Source: Candidatus Mediterraneibacter intestinipullorum (GTDB lineage: Bacteria > Bacillota > Clostridia > Lachnospirales > Lachnospiraceae). Taken from it: a DNA stretch of 64,000 nucleotides. The notes under the pieces were generated by a model. It was not told the origin of the DNA. It worked only from the letters and a program-made list of their open reading frames with translations, and ran no database searches. This document shows, one piece after another, positions 21,168 through 32,289 of this stretch (position 1 is its first letter; each line of letters begins with the position of its first letter). A program made the translations under genes and the position numbers. Location of the stretch: positions 588-64,587 of the forward strand of contig DWYM01000083.1 of assembly GCA_019118665.1 (NCBI GenBank), in the 5' to 3' direction.

Positions 21168-22187
21168 TTAAGGCTGTTCAAGAAAATCAGATATTTGCTT
21201 GAACAGTCCGGAATGCGTCTGTAGCTCAGTGGATAGAGCAATGCCCTCCGGAGGCATGTGCGACGGTTCGACTCCGTTCAGACGCTGTAAAAACAGGAGC
21301 ATGATACAAAGGCTCCTGTTTTTTGATCTGTGATATTTTATAAAAGTACTGCTGAACCATCGGATATAGATGATCGAGCAGTACTTTTTATTAATCAGAC
21401 CAGATTGATTTTTCTTCTTTATGATAAAGTGGACGGCAATGTATTGCACAACTGTCAGGACCAGGGTAAACACGGTAGTCGGAATCAGCAGGAGGAGCGT
21501 ATTGTCAGCAAATGTGCCTATATCTGAGCCATAAAAGTCAAACAGACCGAATACCGCCATTATCACGAATACAACGATCTGTATCACAAAACTTGTGATG
21601 AAATATACGGCGATCGCACCCAGCACCCGGTGTCCGGGGAAAAGCTGTCCCACGCGTATGCTGAAGTAGATCATAAGGACAGAGCTGACAGATCCGACCA
21701 CGCAGAAAACAAAGATATAAAACCCAAAGGAGCTAAGGGGCATACCCAGCGCTTCTGTTATTTCCGGGGCAATGAGACCATATGTTTCCACGACATTCCT
21801 GCTGGTCAGAAGAATGAGGATTCCGGCTGAAATAACCATTATATCGACCGCTGCAAGAAGATATCCTGAGATGATCTTTGCCCAGAGGTGCTCGATACCC
21901 GAGGCGGGGATCGTCGAGCTCAGATAACCCTCCCGGCTGAAAAGATTTCGATAAAACCGGAATGTGATCAGCGGGGATGTGCAGAGGGTAATTGCTGTGG
22001 AAAGGAAGATTCCCAGGGTAAATATTATTGTAATGGGAGCGATAAGCGTATTTGCGGGCGCGGTAAAATCAAGGCGATCCATGACGAAGATCCGCCCGGC
22101 CACACATATAAGCAGAAAGATCCCATGAAGCAGAATAAATATTTTTGCCGAAGACTTTAAGCCATATTTGATCGGTTTTCCTAGCAT
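21168..22187 (-). CDS. ABC transporter permease (about 6 TM); C-terminal extension probably from a +1 frameshift, ancestral end near 21395
   Basis: MLGK.IKY start, FYRNLFSREGYL, multiple TMs; alternative frame gives KKKINLV-stop. Confidence 0.75.
   Translation of the reverse strand: MLGKPIKYGLKSSAKIFILLHGIFLLICVAGRIFVMDRLDFTAPANTLIAPITIIFTLGIFLSTAITLCTSPLITFRFYRNLFSREGYLSSTIPASGIEHLWAKIISGYLLAAVDIMVISAGILILLTSRNVVETYGLIAPEITEALGMPLSSFGFYIFVFCVVGSVSSVLMIYFSIRVGQLFPGHRVLGAIAVYFITSFVIQIVVFVIMAVFGLFDFYGSDIGTFADNTLLLLIPTTVFTLVLTVVQYIAVHFIIKKKNQSGLINKKYCSIIYIRWFSSTFIKYHRSKNRSLCIMLLFLQRLNGVEPSHMPPEGIALSTELQTHSGLFKQISDFLEQP
21215..21286 (+). tRNA. tRNA-Arg (anticodon CCG), CCA not encoded
   Basis: Acceptor GCGTCTG/CAGACGC, D arm GCTC/GAGC, anticodon arm ATGCC-CTCCGGA-GGCAT, T arm GACGG-TTCGACT-CCGTT. 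Confidence 0.95.
21289..21324 (+). terminator. Terminator after tRNA-Arg
   Basis: AAAAACAGGAGC/GCTCCTGTTTTT stem plus T run. Confidence 0.8.
21341..21389 (-). terminator. Terminator of the GntR-ABC operon
   Basis: AAAAGTACTGCT/AGCAGTACTTTT inverted repeat just after the likely ancestral stop at 21395. Confidence 0.65.
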
Positions 22188-22879
22188 TTGAATACCTCTC
22201 GGAATAAAGAATCCACAGATTTCCCATACTGTGTTCTGACCTCATCCACGGATGCGTTAAGCGCAAGCTGCCCATCTTTTAAGAAAATGACTCTGTCAAG
22301 AATGTTCTCAACATCGGAGATAAGATGAGTAGAGACAAGAACAGTGGCGTTTCCGTCATAATTTGTCAGTATGGTGCGGAGGATATAGTCTCTTGCAGCG
22401 GGATCCACTCCTCCGATAGGCTCATCCAGTATATAGAGATCCGCAACCCGGCTCATAACAAGTGCCAGCTGCACCTTTTCCTTTGTGCCTTTTGAGAGGG
22501 ACTGGAGCCGGGAACTCCTGTCGATCTCAAGAGAATCCAGCATCGCGGAGGCACGTTCCGTGCTGAAATTTCTATAAAAATCTTCATAGAAGGACAGGAT
22601 TTCTCTGACTCGCATGTGCTCGTTTATAAAGCTGCGATCCGGCAGGTAAGATACGATTTTTTTCGTATCTGCGCACGGAGAAAGGCCATTTATCATAATG
22701 TGACCGTCTGTGGGTGTGAGCAGACCGTTGGCGAGTTTGATCAGCGTAGTCTTTCCGCTGCCGTTCGGTCCAAGGAGATCTGCAATCTGTCCCCGCTCAA
22801 CGGTGAGCGTCAGATCGGAAAGGGCAAAAAAGCCTCCATATTTTTTTGTAAGTCTCTGACATTCAAGAATCGGTCTCAT
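22181..22879 (-). CDS. ABC transporter ATP-binding protein (YtrB-like)
   Basis: GPNGSGKTT, LSKG, ILDEPIGGVD, STH. Confidence 0.93.
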   Translation of the reverse strand: MRPILECQRLTKKYGGFFALSDLTLTVERGQIADLLGPNGSGKTTLIKLANGLLTPTDGHIMINGLSPCADTKKIVSYLPDRSFINEHMRVREILSFYEDFYRNFSTERASAMLDSLEIDRSSRLQSLSKGTKEKVQLALVMSRVADLYILDEPIGGVDPAARDYILRTILTNYDGNATVLVSTHLISDVENILDRVIFLKDGQLALNASVDEVRTQYGKSVDSLFREVFKC

Positions 22880-23246
22880 AGTTTCTCCCTTTTAAAGCTG
22901 CCTGTATCATTTCCAGTGTCTCTCTGCCGTCAAATCCCAGGTGGCGCATCTGTGCCAAAAAGCTGCTCATATACTTGTGGGCAAGATTTGTCTTTGCCTT
23001 TTTCAGAAGCTCTTTATCATCTGTAACGAAGCGTCCGCTTGTCCTGTGGGAATACACGAGCCCGCTGCGTTCCAGCTCGGAGAGCGCTTTCTGCATCGTG
23101 TTGGGATTGACTTCGGCATCCAGAGCCAGATCCCGGACTGATGGGAGTTTATCTCCCGGCTGATAGACACCGGAGATGATGTCATGCTGAATGCGCTCCA
23201 TTAACTGAAGATAAATGGGGCGGCTGTCGTCCAAATTCCACGGCAT
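22863..23246 (-). CDS. GntR (YtrA subfamily) regulator
   Basis: RPIYLQL, PGDKLPSVRDLA, VNPNTMQKA, RTSGRFVT. Confidence 0.93.
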   Translation of the reverse strand: MPWNLDDSRPIYLQLMERIQHDIISGVYQPGDKLPSVRDLALDAEVNPNTMQKALSELERSGLVYSHRTSGRFVTDDKELLKKAKTNLAHKYMSSFLAQMRHLGFDGRETLEMIQAALKGRNYETDS

Positions 23247-23326
23247 TAAATCATCTCACTTTCTGTTTTTAAGGGACCGCCTGCGGCGGTCCCTTACAGA
23301 GCGCGGGGTACCCCGCGCTCTGTGGC

Positions 23327-23375
23327 TGTATTATATGAATAATACAATAATATGTCGGCGGAAAAGAAATGTCAA
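23327..23375 (-). promoter_or_regulatory. sigmaA promoter with YtrA-type operator
   Basis: TTGACA (23370-23375, minus) with TATTAT -10; palindrome TGTATTA-N6-TAATACA at 23327-23346. Confidence 0.7.
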
Positions 23376-23401
23376 GGAAAAGCAGGGATTTTATCTGCTT
23401 T

Positions 23402-24307
23402 TTATTTTTCGTTTGACTTTATGATCGTTTCTTTCAGTTTCGGATCGAATACGCCTTTTCTGAGCATCTCGATCTCATATTTATACGGAGCATAAGATTT
23501 TTTCGGATTTGCAGGGGAGGGGATGTAAGGCGTTTCCAGTATCTTTGGTACGCTTTCAAAATCAGGATGCCGCACGATATAATTGATAGCGTCAAACCCA
23601 ACATGTCCGAAGCCGATATTCTCATGCCGGTCTTTGGCGGCTCCCGGTACATTTTTGCTGTCATTGATATGGAATACCGCGATCTGATCTTTCCCGATGA
23701 TCCGGTCAAATTCTTCCATGACATCGTCAAAGCGGTGAATGATATCATATCCGCTGTCACTTGTGTGGCAGGTGTCAAAACATACTCTCAGTTTCTCGTT
23801 ATGTATAACACCATCATAGATCCTCGCCAGCTCCTCAAAAGAACGTCCGATCTCAGAACCCTTTCCAGCCATTGTCTCAAGGGCGATCTGACAGTCTGTA
23901 TCCGCGCTGAGTACTTCGTTGAGTCCCCTGACGATCTGAGCGGTACCGGTTTCCACGCCTTCTCCCACATGCGCTCCGGGATGGAGGATGAGTGTGTGGC
24001 TGCGGCAGCTTACCGTGCGCTCGATCTCCTTTGCGAGAAACTCCGTAGCGAGGGAAAAAGTGTCCGGCTTGACCGCGTTGCCCAGATTGATAATGTAAGG
24101 CGCGTGGACGATGATATCGTTGATCCCATGCTCTTTCATGTACTCCCAGGCGGGACCGATATTCAGCTCGCTTATATCCTTTCTTTTCGTATTCTGAGGC
24201 GCTCCAGTGTAGAACATAAAAGTATCCGCCCCATAAGATACTGCCTCCTTCGCGGAGCCCAGCAGCATCTCCCTGCCGCTCATGCCCACATGTGAACCTA
24301 ATATCAT
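23402..24307 (-). CDS. nfo: Endonuclease IV
   Basis: [51 protein letters not shown]. Confidence 0.96.
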   Translation of the reverse strand: MILGSHVGMSGREMLLGSAKEAVSYGADTFMFYTGAPQNTKRKDISELNIGPAWEYMKEHGINDIIVHAPYIINLGNAVKPDTFSLATEFLAKEIERTVSCRSHTLILHPGAHVGEGVETGTAQIVRGLNEVLSADTDCQIALETMAGKGSEIGRSFEELARIYDGVIHNEKLRVCFDTCHTSDSGYDIIHRFDDVMEEFDRIIGKDQIAVFHINDSKNVPGAAKDRHENIGFGHVGFDAINYIVRHPDFESVPKILETPYIPSPANPKKSYAPYKYEIEMLRKGVFDPKLKETIIKSNEK

Positions 24308-24597
24308 AATAAAAACTCCTTTTCAAAATAATACCCATTATATACAGAAAAGAAGGGGAAACGCAAATGGACATATAAAAAGACCCGGAAATATGCTAAG
24401 GGCAACGTACAACTCGCCTTTGGTTCAGGCAGCCTTATTGCCCGGCTTAACGCATATTTCCGGATTCCTGTTTTTCTAAATTCTATTTTTCAGATCGCCG
24501 AAGCCATCGACACCCCGCGTTGAAACGTGTTCAAAAACATGCTCCACTGTTTACTGAGAATGTCCAAGTCGGAGCAGTCTCGCGACAATTTCAGATT

Positions 24598-24972
24598 TCA
24601 CATTCCCAGCACCTTCCGCGCCAGTTTTCTTTCATCTTCCCCGGCGGTTCTGTAATGTGTGACCAGCTCGATCTCTTCATTTGTCAGATACACGGTATCA
24701 GCGCTGGCGATGATCCTGCCGGTAAAATAAGGACCGGGAGTCTCATTGATGATGCCGGCCTTCGTACAGGTCTGGGTGAGAAGCTGTTCCAGCGTGACTT
24801 CGTATATATCGGCAATGCGGATGAGCATGTCAATGTCAGGAATCCGTTTCCCTGTCTCATAGTTAGAATATGCCTGACGGGAAATATTCAGCTTTTCGCC
24901 GATTTGTGCCTGTGTGTAGTTGTGGTCGTTTCTGAGTCTGCGCAGATTTGCTGCAAGCTGGATATTCGACAC
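24598..24972 (-). CDS. XRE-family HTH regulator
   Basis: LRRLRNDHNYTQAQIGEKLNISRQAYSNYETGKRIPD; GGAGG upstream of GTG 24972. Confidence 0.9.
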   Translation of the reverse strand: MSNIQLAANLRRLRNDHNYTQAQIGEKLNISRQAYSNYETGKRIPDIDMLIRIADIYEVTLEQLLTQTCTKAGIINETPGPYFTGRIIASADTVYLTNEEIELVTHYRTAGEDERKLARKVLGM

Positions 24973-25114
24973 CCGCATACCTCCATTTACAAGAAATCGT
25001 TTGATTAATTGCATAAATTTCCATTATTATATCAATTTTTCCTGTAAACAAGGTGTTATGCAACGAAATGGATAATATTATAATAAAAGCAACAAAACGT
25101 TGCTTTTTGGCGGA

Positions 25115-25564
25115 TTATATCCTGCTGAGAGTGCTGTTGTGATAAAGGGACGAATGTGTCACATCTTCCCCAAGCCACTCCTGTGGGCAGTAAGAGCGGG
25201 CGGAATCTTCATCGGGAAACTCGATCTCAGCGAGAACAAGGGGCGCGAGTTCACCCTCAAAAATGTCAAGTTCCAGCGTGAGATTGCCGTCAAGAGGGAT
25301 CAAATACCTTTTTTTGGTAATGATCCTGCCGTCTGCTTTCGGGAGCAGGTGGAGGTAGGCTTCTTCTGTGAGAGGAAGATTGTATTCCTCCCGGACCATG
25401 AGCCCCTTGGACTTATAGGTGAGAAAATAGTCGTCGTCATCTCTGCGGATGCGGACAACAGGGGCGGTGCAGAGGTATCCCTGTTCAATATGGCGGCAGG
25501 GGTAATCCTCCGGACGGAAAGGAAGCTGATCCGTGTCGATGAGAAATTTGCGTTCGATCTCCAT
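25115..25564 (-). CDS. CYTH domain protein
   Basis: MEIERKFL, IEQGYL, VVRIR, LAEIEF. Confidence 0.92.
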   Translation of the reverse strand: MEIERKFLIDTDQLPFRPEDYPCRHIEQGYLCTAPVVRIRRDDDDYFLTYKSKGLMVREEYNLPLTEEAYLHLLPKADGRIITKKRYLIPLDGNLTLELDIFEGELAPLVLAEIEFPDEDSARSYCPQEWLGEDVTHSSLYHNSTLSRI

Positions 25565-25817
25565 TATCGATCCTCCTGAATATTGATTTGATTTGCGAGT
25601 GATCCCGCAGCAGCGGGGAACATAAGCATGCGGTTCCCCGGTCAAAGGATTTATGTTCTTTAATTATAAGTCATCTTTTAACAGTATGCCACCGGAATTT
25701 GCCGTATAATGCCGGGAACGGACCCATCGGTATCCTGGGAACTGTCCGTTGCATTTGCCGGCGTGGTCTGCTACACTGAAAAAAGTGGAGATTACAGAAC
25801 ATCAGGAGGTTAGGAGA

Positions 25818-26369
25818 ATGAGCAGGGTTTGTGTATTTCTTGCAGATGGTTTTGAAGAGATTGAGGGACTGGCGGTTGTGGACATCCTGCGCCGCGCCGG
25901 GATCGAGACAGAGATGGTATCTGTCATAGGCAGAAAAGAAATCCTGGGCGCGCATGGGATCCGGGTGGAGGCGGACAGCCTGTTTGAAGAGGCGGATGCA
26001 GCCGGAGCGGATATGCTGGTCCTTCCGGGAGGCATGCCTGGCACGCTGAACCTGAAAGTGCATGAGGGGCTCCTGAAACTGTTAAAGTCATTTGACAGCC
26101 AGGGAAAATATATTGCCGCAATCTGTGCTGCTCCGAGTATTTTGGCTGAACTGGGAATGCTCAAAGACAGAAAGGCATGTTCATATCCGTCTTTCGAAGA
26201 CAGACTGGAGGACGCGCAGGTGGTGCGGGAGCCGGCGGTCACAGACGGACATATCACGACAGGAAGAGGCATGGGGACAGCCATCCCATTTGCGCTCAGG
26301 CTGACAGCTCTGCTGGCAGGAGAGGAAAAAGCAGAAGAAGTGAGAGCGTCCATCGTATACGGCGCATAG
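25818..26369 (+). CDS. DJ-1/ThiJ family protein
   Basis: GFEEIE, LPGGMPG, AAICAAP, TGRGMG. Confidence 0.93.
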   Translation: MSRVCVFLADGFEEIEGLAVVDILRRAGIETEMVSVIGRKEILGAHGIRVEADSLFEEADAAGADMLVLPGGMPGTLNLKVHEGLLKLLKSFDSQGKYIAAICAAPSILAELGMLKDRKACSYPSFEDRLEDAQVVREPAVTDGHITTGRGMGTAIPFALRLTALLAGEEKAEEVRASIVYGA

Positions 26370-26536
26370 GGGAAAAGGCATGTGACGCGCATGGGCTGCT
26401 CGAGCGGTGCATATGTGGCTGTATTAGCAAAAAACACTGGAAATATGCGGACGTATGTGCTATACTGTGTTAATGACTGCAATTGTCTTTTTTCTTAGAA
26501 AAGAGATACACTTTTGCGCATTCAAGGAGGAAGAAA

Positions 26537-27826
26537 ATGAGTTTACAGGTAGAAAAATTAGAACATAACATGGCGAAGCTGACGATCGAGGTGTCAGCAG
26601 AGGATGTGGAGAAGGCTCTTCAGGCTGCGTATCTGAAAGAACGCGGCAAGATCAGTCTCCCGGGATTCCGTAAAGGCAAAGTACCGCGCCAGATGATCGA
26701 GAATATGTACGGACCGGAGGTGTTCTATGATGAGGCCGCGAATCATATGATATCAGAGGCGTACGGAAAAGCATATGACGAGTGCGGACTTGACATCGTA
26801 TCCCAGCCCAAGGTCGAGATCACACAGCTCGAGAAGGGAAAACCGTTCATCTTTACAGCGGAGGTCGCGGTGAAGCCGGAAGTTACACTCGGTGAATACA
26901 AAGGCCTGAAAGTGGACAAAGTTTCTACGAGGGTGACACAAAAGGAAGTTGACGAGGAGATTGACAAAGAGCGTGAGCGCAGCGCAAGGACAGTAGAAGT
27001 TACAGACCGCGCGGTACAGGATAAGGACCAGGTCGTTCTTGACTTTGAAGGATTCGTAGACGGTGCGGCATTTGAAGGCGGAAAGGGAGAGAAGTATCCG
27101 CTGACGATCGGTTCCGGCGCGTTCATCCCGGGATTTGAGGAGCAGCTCATCGGCGCTGAGATCGGGAAAGAGACAGAAGTCAATGTGACATTCCCGGAGG
27201 ATTATCAGGCGCAGGATCTTGCCGGAAAAGCGGCAGTATTTAAATGCACCGTACATGAGATCAAGGCAAAGGAGATCCCGGAGCTGGATGATGAGTTTGT
27301 ATCCGATGTTTCTGAGGAGAGCGAGACTGTTGACGCGTACAAGGCAGAGGTGAAGGCGAAGATCAAAGAACGCAAGGAGAGTGAAGGAAAGCAGAAGAGA
27401 GAGGATCAGGCCGTGGAGCAGGCTGTGGCCAATGCGCAGATCGATATCCCGGAACCGATGATAGATCTTCAGACAAAGCAGATGGCAGATGATTTCGCGC
27501 GCCGCATCATGCAGCAGGGCATGAGCCTGGAGCAGTATTTCCAGTTCACAGGACTTTCAGAGGAAAAGATGATGGAAGAATTCCGTCCCCAGGCCGAGAA
27601 ACGTATCCGTACAAGACTCGTTCTTGAGGCAGTGGTAGCTGCGGAAAATATCGAAGTGTCGGATGAGCGTCTGGATGAGGAGCTGAAGAAGATGGCAGAT
27701 TCCTACCAGATGGAAGTTGAGAAGCTCAAAGAGTTCATGGGCGATAACGAGAAGAAACAGATGAAAGAGGATATTGCGGTCCAGGAAGCAGTGACACTGA
27801 TCGCAGACGCGGCAGTAGAAGGCTGA
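26537..27826 (+). CDS. tig: Trigger factor
   Basis: [20 protein letters not shown]. Confidence 0.97.
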   Translation: MSLQVEKLEHNMAKLTIEVSAEDVEKALQAAYLKERGKISLPGFRKGKVPRQMIENMYGPEVFYDEAANHMISEAYGKAYDECGLDIVSQPKVEITQLEKGKPFIFTAEVAVKPEVTLGEYKGLKVDKVSTRVTQKEVDEEIDKERERSARTVEVTDRAVQDKDQVVLDFEGFVDGAAFEGGKGEKYPLTIGSGAFIPGFEEQLIGAEIGKETEVNVTFPEDYQAQDLAGKAAVFKCTVHEIKAKEIPELDDEFVSDVSEESETVDAYKAEVKAKIKERKESEGKQKREDQAVEQAVANAQIDIPEPMIDLQTKQMADDFARRIMQQGMSLEQYFQFTGLSEEKMMEEFRPQAEKRIRTRLVLEAVVAAENIEVSDERLDEELKKMADSYQMEVEKLKEFMGDNEKKQMKEDIAVQEAVTLIADAAVEG

Positions 27827-27926
27827 TTCGGATTCTGGAGAGGTGTGCCGCGGGCACACCTCTTATCACAACAGACAGAGTAAACGAAGCCGGGACAGAC
27901 GGCTTATTATAGAAAGGGGTATAAAA

Positions 27927-28508
27927 ATGAGTTTAGTACCTTATGTCATTGAACAGACGAGCAGAGGGGAGCGCTCTTACGATATTTATTCAAGACTGTT
28001 AAAAGAGAGGATCATCTTCCTGGGGGAAGAGGTTAATGATGTATCCGCAAGTGTAGTCGTTGCACAGCTGCTTTTCCTGGAAGCAGACGATCCGGACAAG
28101 GATATCCAGCTCTACATCAACAGCCCGGGAGGTTCTGTCACAGCAGGACTTGCCATTTACGACACGATGCAGTATATCAAATGTGATGTATCTACAGTAT
28201 GCATCGGTATGGCTGCCAGCATGGGCGCATTCCTTCTCTCAGGAGGAAAGAAGGGCAAGAGATTTGCGCTTCCGAATGCGGAGATCATGATCCATCAGCC
28301 GTCAGGCGGGGCTCAGGGACAGGCGACAGAGATCCAGATCGCGGCGGAGCATATCCTCCGTACGAAACAGAAATTAAACGAGATCCTGGCTGCAAACACA
28401 GGGCAGGATCTTGAGAAGATCAAGGCCGACACAGAGCGCGACAATTTCATGTCCGCGGAAGAGGCAAAGGCGTACGGCCTGATCGATGAAGTGATCGTAA
28501 ATCACTAA
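27927..28508 (+). CDS. clpP: Clp protease proteolytic subunit
   Basis: [32 protein letters not shown]. Confidence 0.98.
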   Translation: MSLVPYVIEQTSRGERSYDIYSRLLKERIIFLGEEVNDVSASVVVAQLLFLEADDPDKDIQLYINSPGGSVTAGLAIYDTMQYIKCDVSTVCIGMAASMGAFLLSGGKKGKRFALPNAEIMIHQPSGGAQGQATEIQIAAEHILRTKQKLNEILAANTGQDLEKIKADTERDNFMSAEEAKAYGLIDEVIVNH

Positions 28509-28529
28509 TATTGCATGAGGTGACATTTT

Positions 28530-29801
28530 ATGGCAGGGAAAATGACAGACGATATCGTGAGGTGCTCTTTCTGCAACAAGACGCAGGCTCAGGTAAGGAA
28601 GCTGATCGCAGGACCGAACGGCACATATATCTGTGACGAGTGTATCGGTATCTGTTCGGAGATCATAGAGGAAGAACTGGATTACACCGAGAGAGATGCG
28701 TTTGACGACATCAATCTGCTGACGCCGGAAGAGATAAAGGCGTTTCTGGATGACTATGTGATCGGGCAGGATGAAGCAAAGAAAGTGCTTTCGGTTGCGG
28801 TCTATAATCATTACAAAAGGATCATGGCGGAGCAGGACCTGGGCGTGGAGCTCCAGAAGAGCAACATCCTGATGCTCGGTCCTACCGGCTGTGGCAAGAC
28901 ACTCCTTGCGCAGACTCTGGCAAAGATATTGAACGTTCCGTTTGCGATCGCGGATGCAACGGCTCTGACAGAGGCGGGATATGTGGGAGAGGATGTGGAA
29001 AACATCCTTCTCAAAGTCATCCAGGCTGCTGATGGGGATATCGAGCGCGCGGAGCATGGGATCATCTATATTGACGAGATCGATAAGATCACCAGAAAGT
29101 CTGAGAATCCGTCCATCACCCGGGATGTATCCGGTGAGGGTGTACAGCAGGCGCTTTTAAAGATCATAGAGGGAACGGTCGCGTCTGTACCTCCCCAGGG
29201 CGGACGCAAGCATCCCCATCAGGAGCTGATCCAGATCGACACGACGAACATCCTGTTTATCTGCGGAGGCGCGTTTGAAGGTATTGATAAGATTATTGAG
29301 ACACGTCTTGACAGAAAATCCATTGGTTTTAACGCAGAGATTGCCGCAAAGCACGAGTACGACATGGATGTGCTTCTTCATGAGGTGCTGCCCCAGGATC
29401 TGGTAAAATTCGGCTTGATCCCGGAACTGGTGGGAAGACTGCCGGTCACGGTATCTCTTGACCTTCTTGACAAGGAGGCGCTGATCCAGATATTGACAGA
29501 GCCTAAGAGCGCGATCGTGAAGCAGTATCAGAAGCTGCTGGAGCTGGACGGTGTGAAACTGGAGTTTGACCGGGACGCTCTGGTCGAGATCGCGGAGACG
29601 ACTCTGAAGAGAAAGACAGGAGCAAGAGGGCTTCGCGCTATTATGGAAAAGATCATGATGGACACCATGTATCAGGTTCCGTCAGATGAGACGATCAAAG
29701 AATGCCGGATCACGAAAGAGGCGGTAAATGGAACAGGGAAACCGCTGTATCTGCGTGATGGCGAGGAGCGGAGATCATTCCTGACAACAGAGAGCGCATA
29801 A
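28530..29801 (+). CDS. clpX: Clp protease ATPase ClpX
   Basis: CSFC...CDEC zinc finger, [22 protein letters not shown] loop. Confidence 0.98.
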   Translation: MAGKMTDDIVRCSFCNKTQAQVRKLIAGPNGTYICDECIGICSEIIEEELDYTERDAFDDINLLTPEEIKAFLDDYVIGQDEAKKVLSVAVYNHYKRIMAEQDLGVELQKSNILMLGPTGCGKTLLAQTLAKILNVPFAIADATALTEAGYVGEDVENILLKVIQAADGDIERAEHGIIYIDEIDKITRKSENPSITRDVSGEGVQQALLKIIEGTVASVPPQGGRKHPHQELIQIDTTNILFICGGAFEGIDKIIETRLDRKSIGFNAEIAAKHEYDMDVLLHEVLPQDLVKFGLIPELVGRLPVTVSLDLLDKEALIQILTEPKSAIVKQYQKLLELDGVKLEFDRDALVEIAETTLKRKTGARGLRAIMEKIMMDTMYQVPSDETIKECRITKEAVNGTGKPLYLRDGEERRSFLTTESA

Positions 29802-29916
29802 CTGAAGGTGCAGGGCGGGTGCTATGGAGTTGCCATATGTGCCTGCCCTTTTGGTATGCGGCGACAGATTATTAAGATTTTGTAATGGCAGACAGCAGAG
29901 ACCAGGAGGAAAATAA

Positions 29917-32265
29917 ATGGACAATGAGATAAAGAGCATGCCCATGGTGCCTTTAAGGGGAATGACCATCATGCCGGGGATGGTCGTGCATTTTGACGTA
30001 AGCCGGGCACGCTCCATCGCTGCCGTCCAGGAAGCGATGGTGGAAGAACAGAAGATATTCCTGACTGCCCAGAGATCCATCGATACAGAGGATCCGGGGA
30101 TGGGGGATGTATATGAGATCGGCACTGTGGGAACGGTCAAGCAGATCATCAAACTTCCGAAACAGATCGTGAGAGTGCTAGTGTCGGGAGAGAGCAGAGG
30201 CCGGCTGAAAGAGGTAGAGTTTTCCGAACCTTATCTTCGGGCAAAGGTAGAGGTGATGAAAGAGCCGGAGCAGGATTTGCCGGAGGACGCAAACACGGAG
30301 GCAATGGAGAGAAGCCTTAAAGACATGCTCGTGGAATATGCCTCCAAGAACGGCAAGATGTCAAAAGAATCTGTGGCCCGGCTTATGGAGATCAAAGGGC
30401 TCCAAAAGCTGGTTGATGAGATCGCGGCAAACATTCCTCTTTATTATACGGATCAGCAGGATATCCTAAAGGAGACGGATCTTAAGAAACGCTATGATAA
30501 GCTTGCCTTTAAGCTGGTGAATGAGGTTCAGATCATGAACATCAAGGATGAGATCCAGCGCAAGGTAAAAGAGCGTGTGGATAAGCATCAGAGGGAATAT
30601 ATCCTGCGGGAGCAGTTAAAACTGATAAGAGAGGAACTGGGAGAGGATTCAACGGTGTCGGACGCGGAAGAATTTGAGGCCGCGCTGAAGGGTCTGAAAG
30701 CGCCGAAAGAGGTGAAAGATAAGCTCCAGAAGGAAATCAACCGGTTCAAGAGCTCTATGAACTCTCCGGCCGAGAGCGGCGTCATCCGCACTTATATCGA
30801 GACGCTGCTGGAGATGCCGTGGGACAAAGAGGCGAAGGACAATCAGGATATCGATTACGCGAAGCAGGTCCTGGAGGAGGATCATTATGGCCTGGAACAG
30901 GTGAAGGAACGCATCCTGGAATTCCTTGCCGTGCGCACGCTGACAAAGAAGGGTGAAAGCCCGATCTTGTGTCTTGCGGGACCGCCGGGGACAGGAAAGA
31001 CTTCTATCGCAAGGTCATTGGCAAGGGCCCTCAAGAAACCTTATGTGCGCATCTCTCTTGGGGGAGTGCGGGACGAAGCGGAGATCCGTGGACACAGAAA
31101 GACCTATGTGGGCGCAATGCCCGGACGTATTGCGAATGGGCTTCGTACAGCGGGAGTCAAAAATCCTGTCATGCTGCTGGATGAGATCGACAAGGTGAGC
31201 ACAGACTATAAGGGGGATACCTTTTCCGCCCTTTTGGAGGTGCTGGACAGTGAGCAGAACAGCAGATTCAGGGACCATTACCTTGAAGTGCCGCTGGATC
31301 TCTCAGAAGTCATGTTCATCACTACGGCCAACACCCTCCAGACGATCCCGCGTCCTCTGCTTGACCGAATGGAAGTGATCGAGATCACAAGCTATACGGA
31401 GAATGAGAAGCTGCATATCGCGACGGAGCACCTGATCCCGAAACAGCTTGAAAAGCACGGTCTCACAGGAGCGCAGCTTACATTCAGCAGACACGCGGTC
31501 TGGAAGATGGCGCGCAACTATACGAAAGAAGCAGGGGTCAGGCAGCTTGAGCGTGAGATCGGGAATGTGTGCAGGAAGGCTGCGAAGGAGATCCTGACCA
31601 CAGACCGAAAGAAGCTCACAGTGACAGACCGGAATATCCACCGGTTTTTAGGGAAGGAGAAATATACATATCAGATGGCAAATCCTGCGCCTGAGATCGG
31701 TATTGTCCGTGGGCTTGCATGGACCAGTGTGGGCGGAGATACGCTTCAGATCGAGGTCAATGTGATGCCCGGAAGCGGGGAACTTATGCTGACAGGCCAG
31801 ATGGGAGACGTGATGAAAGAGTCCGCGCAGACCGGGATCAGTTATATCCGCTCTGTGAGCGGCAGGTATGGGATTGCGGAAGATTTCTTCGAAAAGCATG
31901 ACATCCATGTACATATCCCGGAGGGAGCAGTGCCCAAGGATGGCCCATCTGCGGGAATAACGATGGCAACAGCCATGCTGTCCGCGGTCACAGGGAAAAA
32001 GGTCCGCGCAGACCTGGCGATGACCGGGGAGATCACGCTCAGAGGACGTGTCCTGCCCATCGGAGGCTTAAAGGAAAAGCTCCTGGCAGCAAAGAGCGCG
32101 GGAATCAAGACCGTGCTCATCCCGAAGGAAAACAGAGTGGATGCAGAAGAGTTGTCTTCCGAGATCACAAAGGGGCTGGAGATCCTTCCTGTGGAAAATA
32201 TGGAAGAAGTGTTAAAACAGGCACTGGCGGATACGCCGGAAGAGACGCAGGAAACCGCAGGATAG
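29917..32265 (+). CDS. lon: Lon protease
   Basis: [28 protein letters not shown]. Confidence 0.98.
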   Translation: MDNEIKSMPMVPLRGMTIMPGMVVHFDVSRARSIAAVQEAMVEEQKIFLTAQRSIDTEDPGMGDVYEIGTVGTVKQIIKLPKQIVRVLVSGESRGRLKEVEFSEPYLRAKVEVMKEPEQDLPEDANTEAMERSLKDMLVEYASKNGKMSKESVARLMEIKGLQKLVDEIAANIPLYYTDQQDILKETDLKKRYDKLAFKLVNEVQIMNIKDEIQRKVKERVDKHQREYILREQLKLIREELGEDSTVSDAEEFEAALKGLKAPKEVKDKLQKEINRFKSSMNSPAESGVIRTYIETLLEMPWDKEAKDNQDIDYAKQVLEEDHYGLEQVKERILEFLAVRTLTKKGESPILCLAGPPGTGKTSIARSLARALKKPYVRISLGGVRDEAEIRGHRKTYVGAMPGRIANGLRTAGVKNPVMLLDEIDKVSTDYKGDTFSALLEVLDSEQNSRFRDHYLEVPLDLSEVMFITTANTLQTIPRPLLDRMEVIEITSYTENEKLHIATEHLIPKQLEKHGLTGAQLTFSRHAVWKMARNYTKEAGVRQLEREIGNVCRKAAKEILTTDRKKLTVTDRNIHRFLGKEKYTYQMANPAPEIGIVRGLAWTSVGGDTLQIEVNVMPGSGELMLTGQMGDVMKESAQTGISYIRSVSGRYGIAEDFFEKHDIHVHIPEGAVPKDGPSAGITMATAMLSAVTGKKVRADLAMTGEITLRGRVLPIGGLKEKLLAAKSAGIKTVLIPKENRVDAEELSSEITKGLEILPVENMEEVLKQALADTPEETQETAG

Positions 32266-32289
32266 CGCGTGCGGCGCAGGAGGGAAGTT

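Noticed and set aside
21215-21330. tRNA-Arg as an integration site of a mobile element
   Set aside because: No integrase and no duplicated tRNA 3' end noticed in the window.
24376-24470. Assignment as 6S or SRP RNA
   Set aside because: Too short for 6S and lacks the SRP helix-8 motif; kept only as an unassigned candidate.
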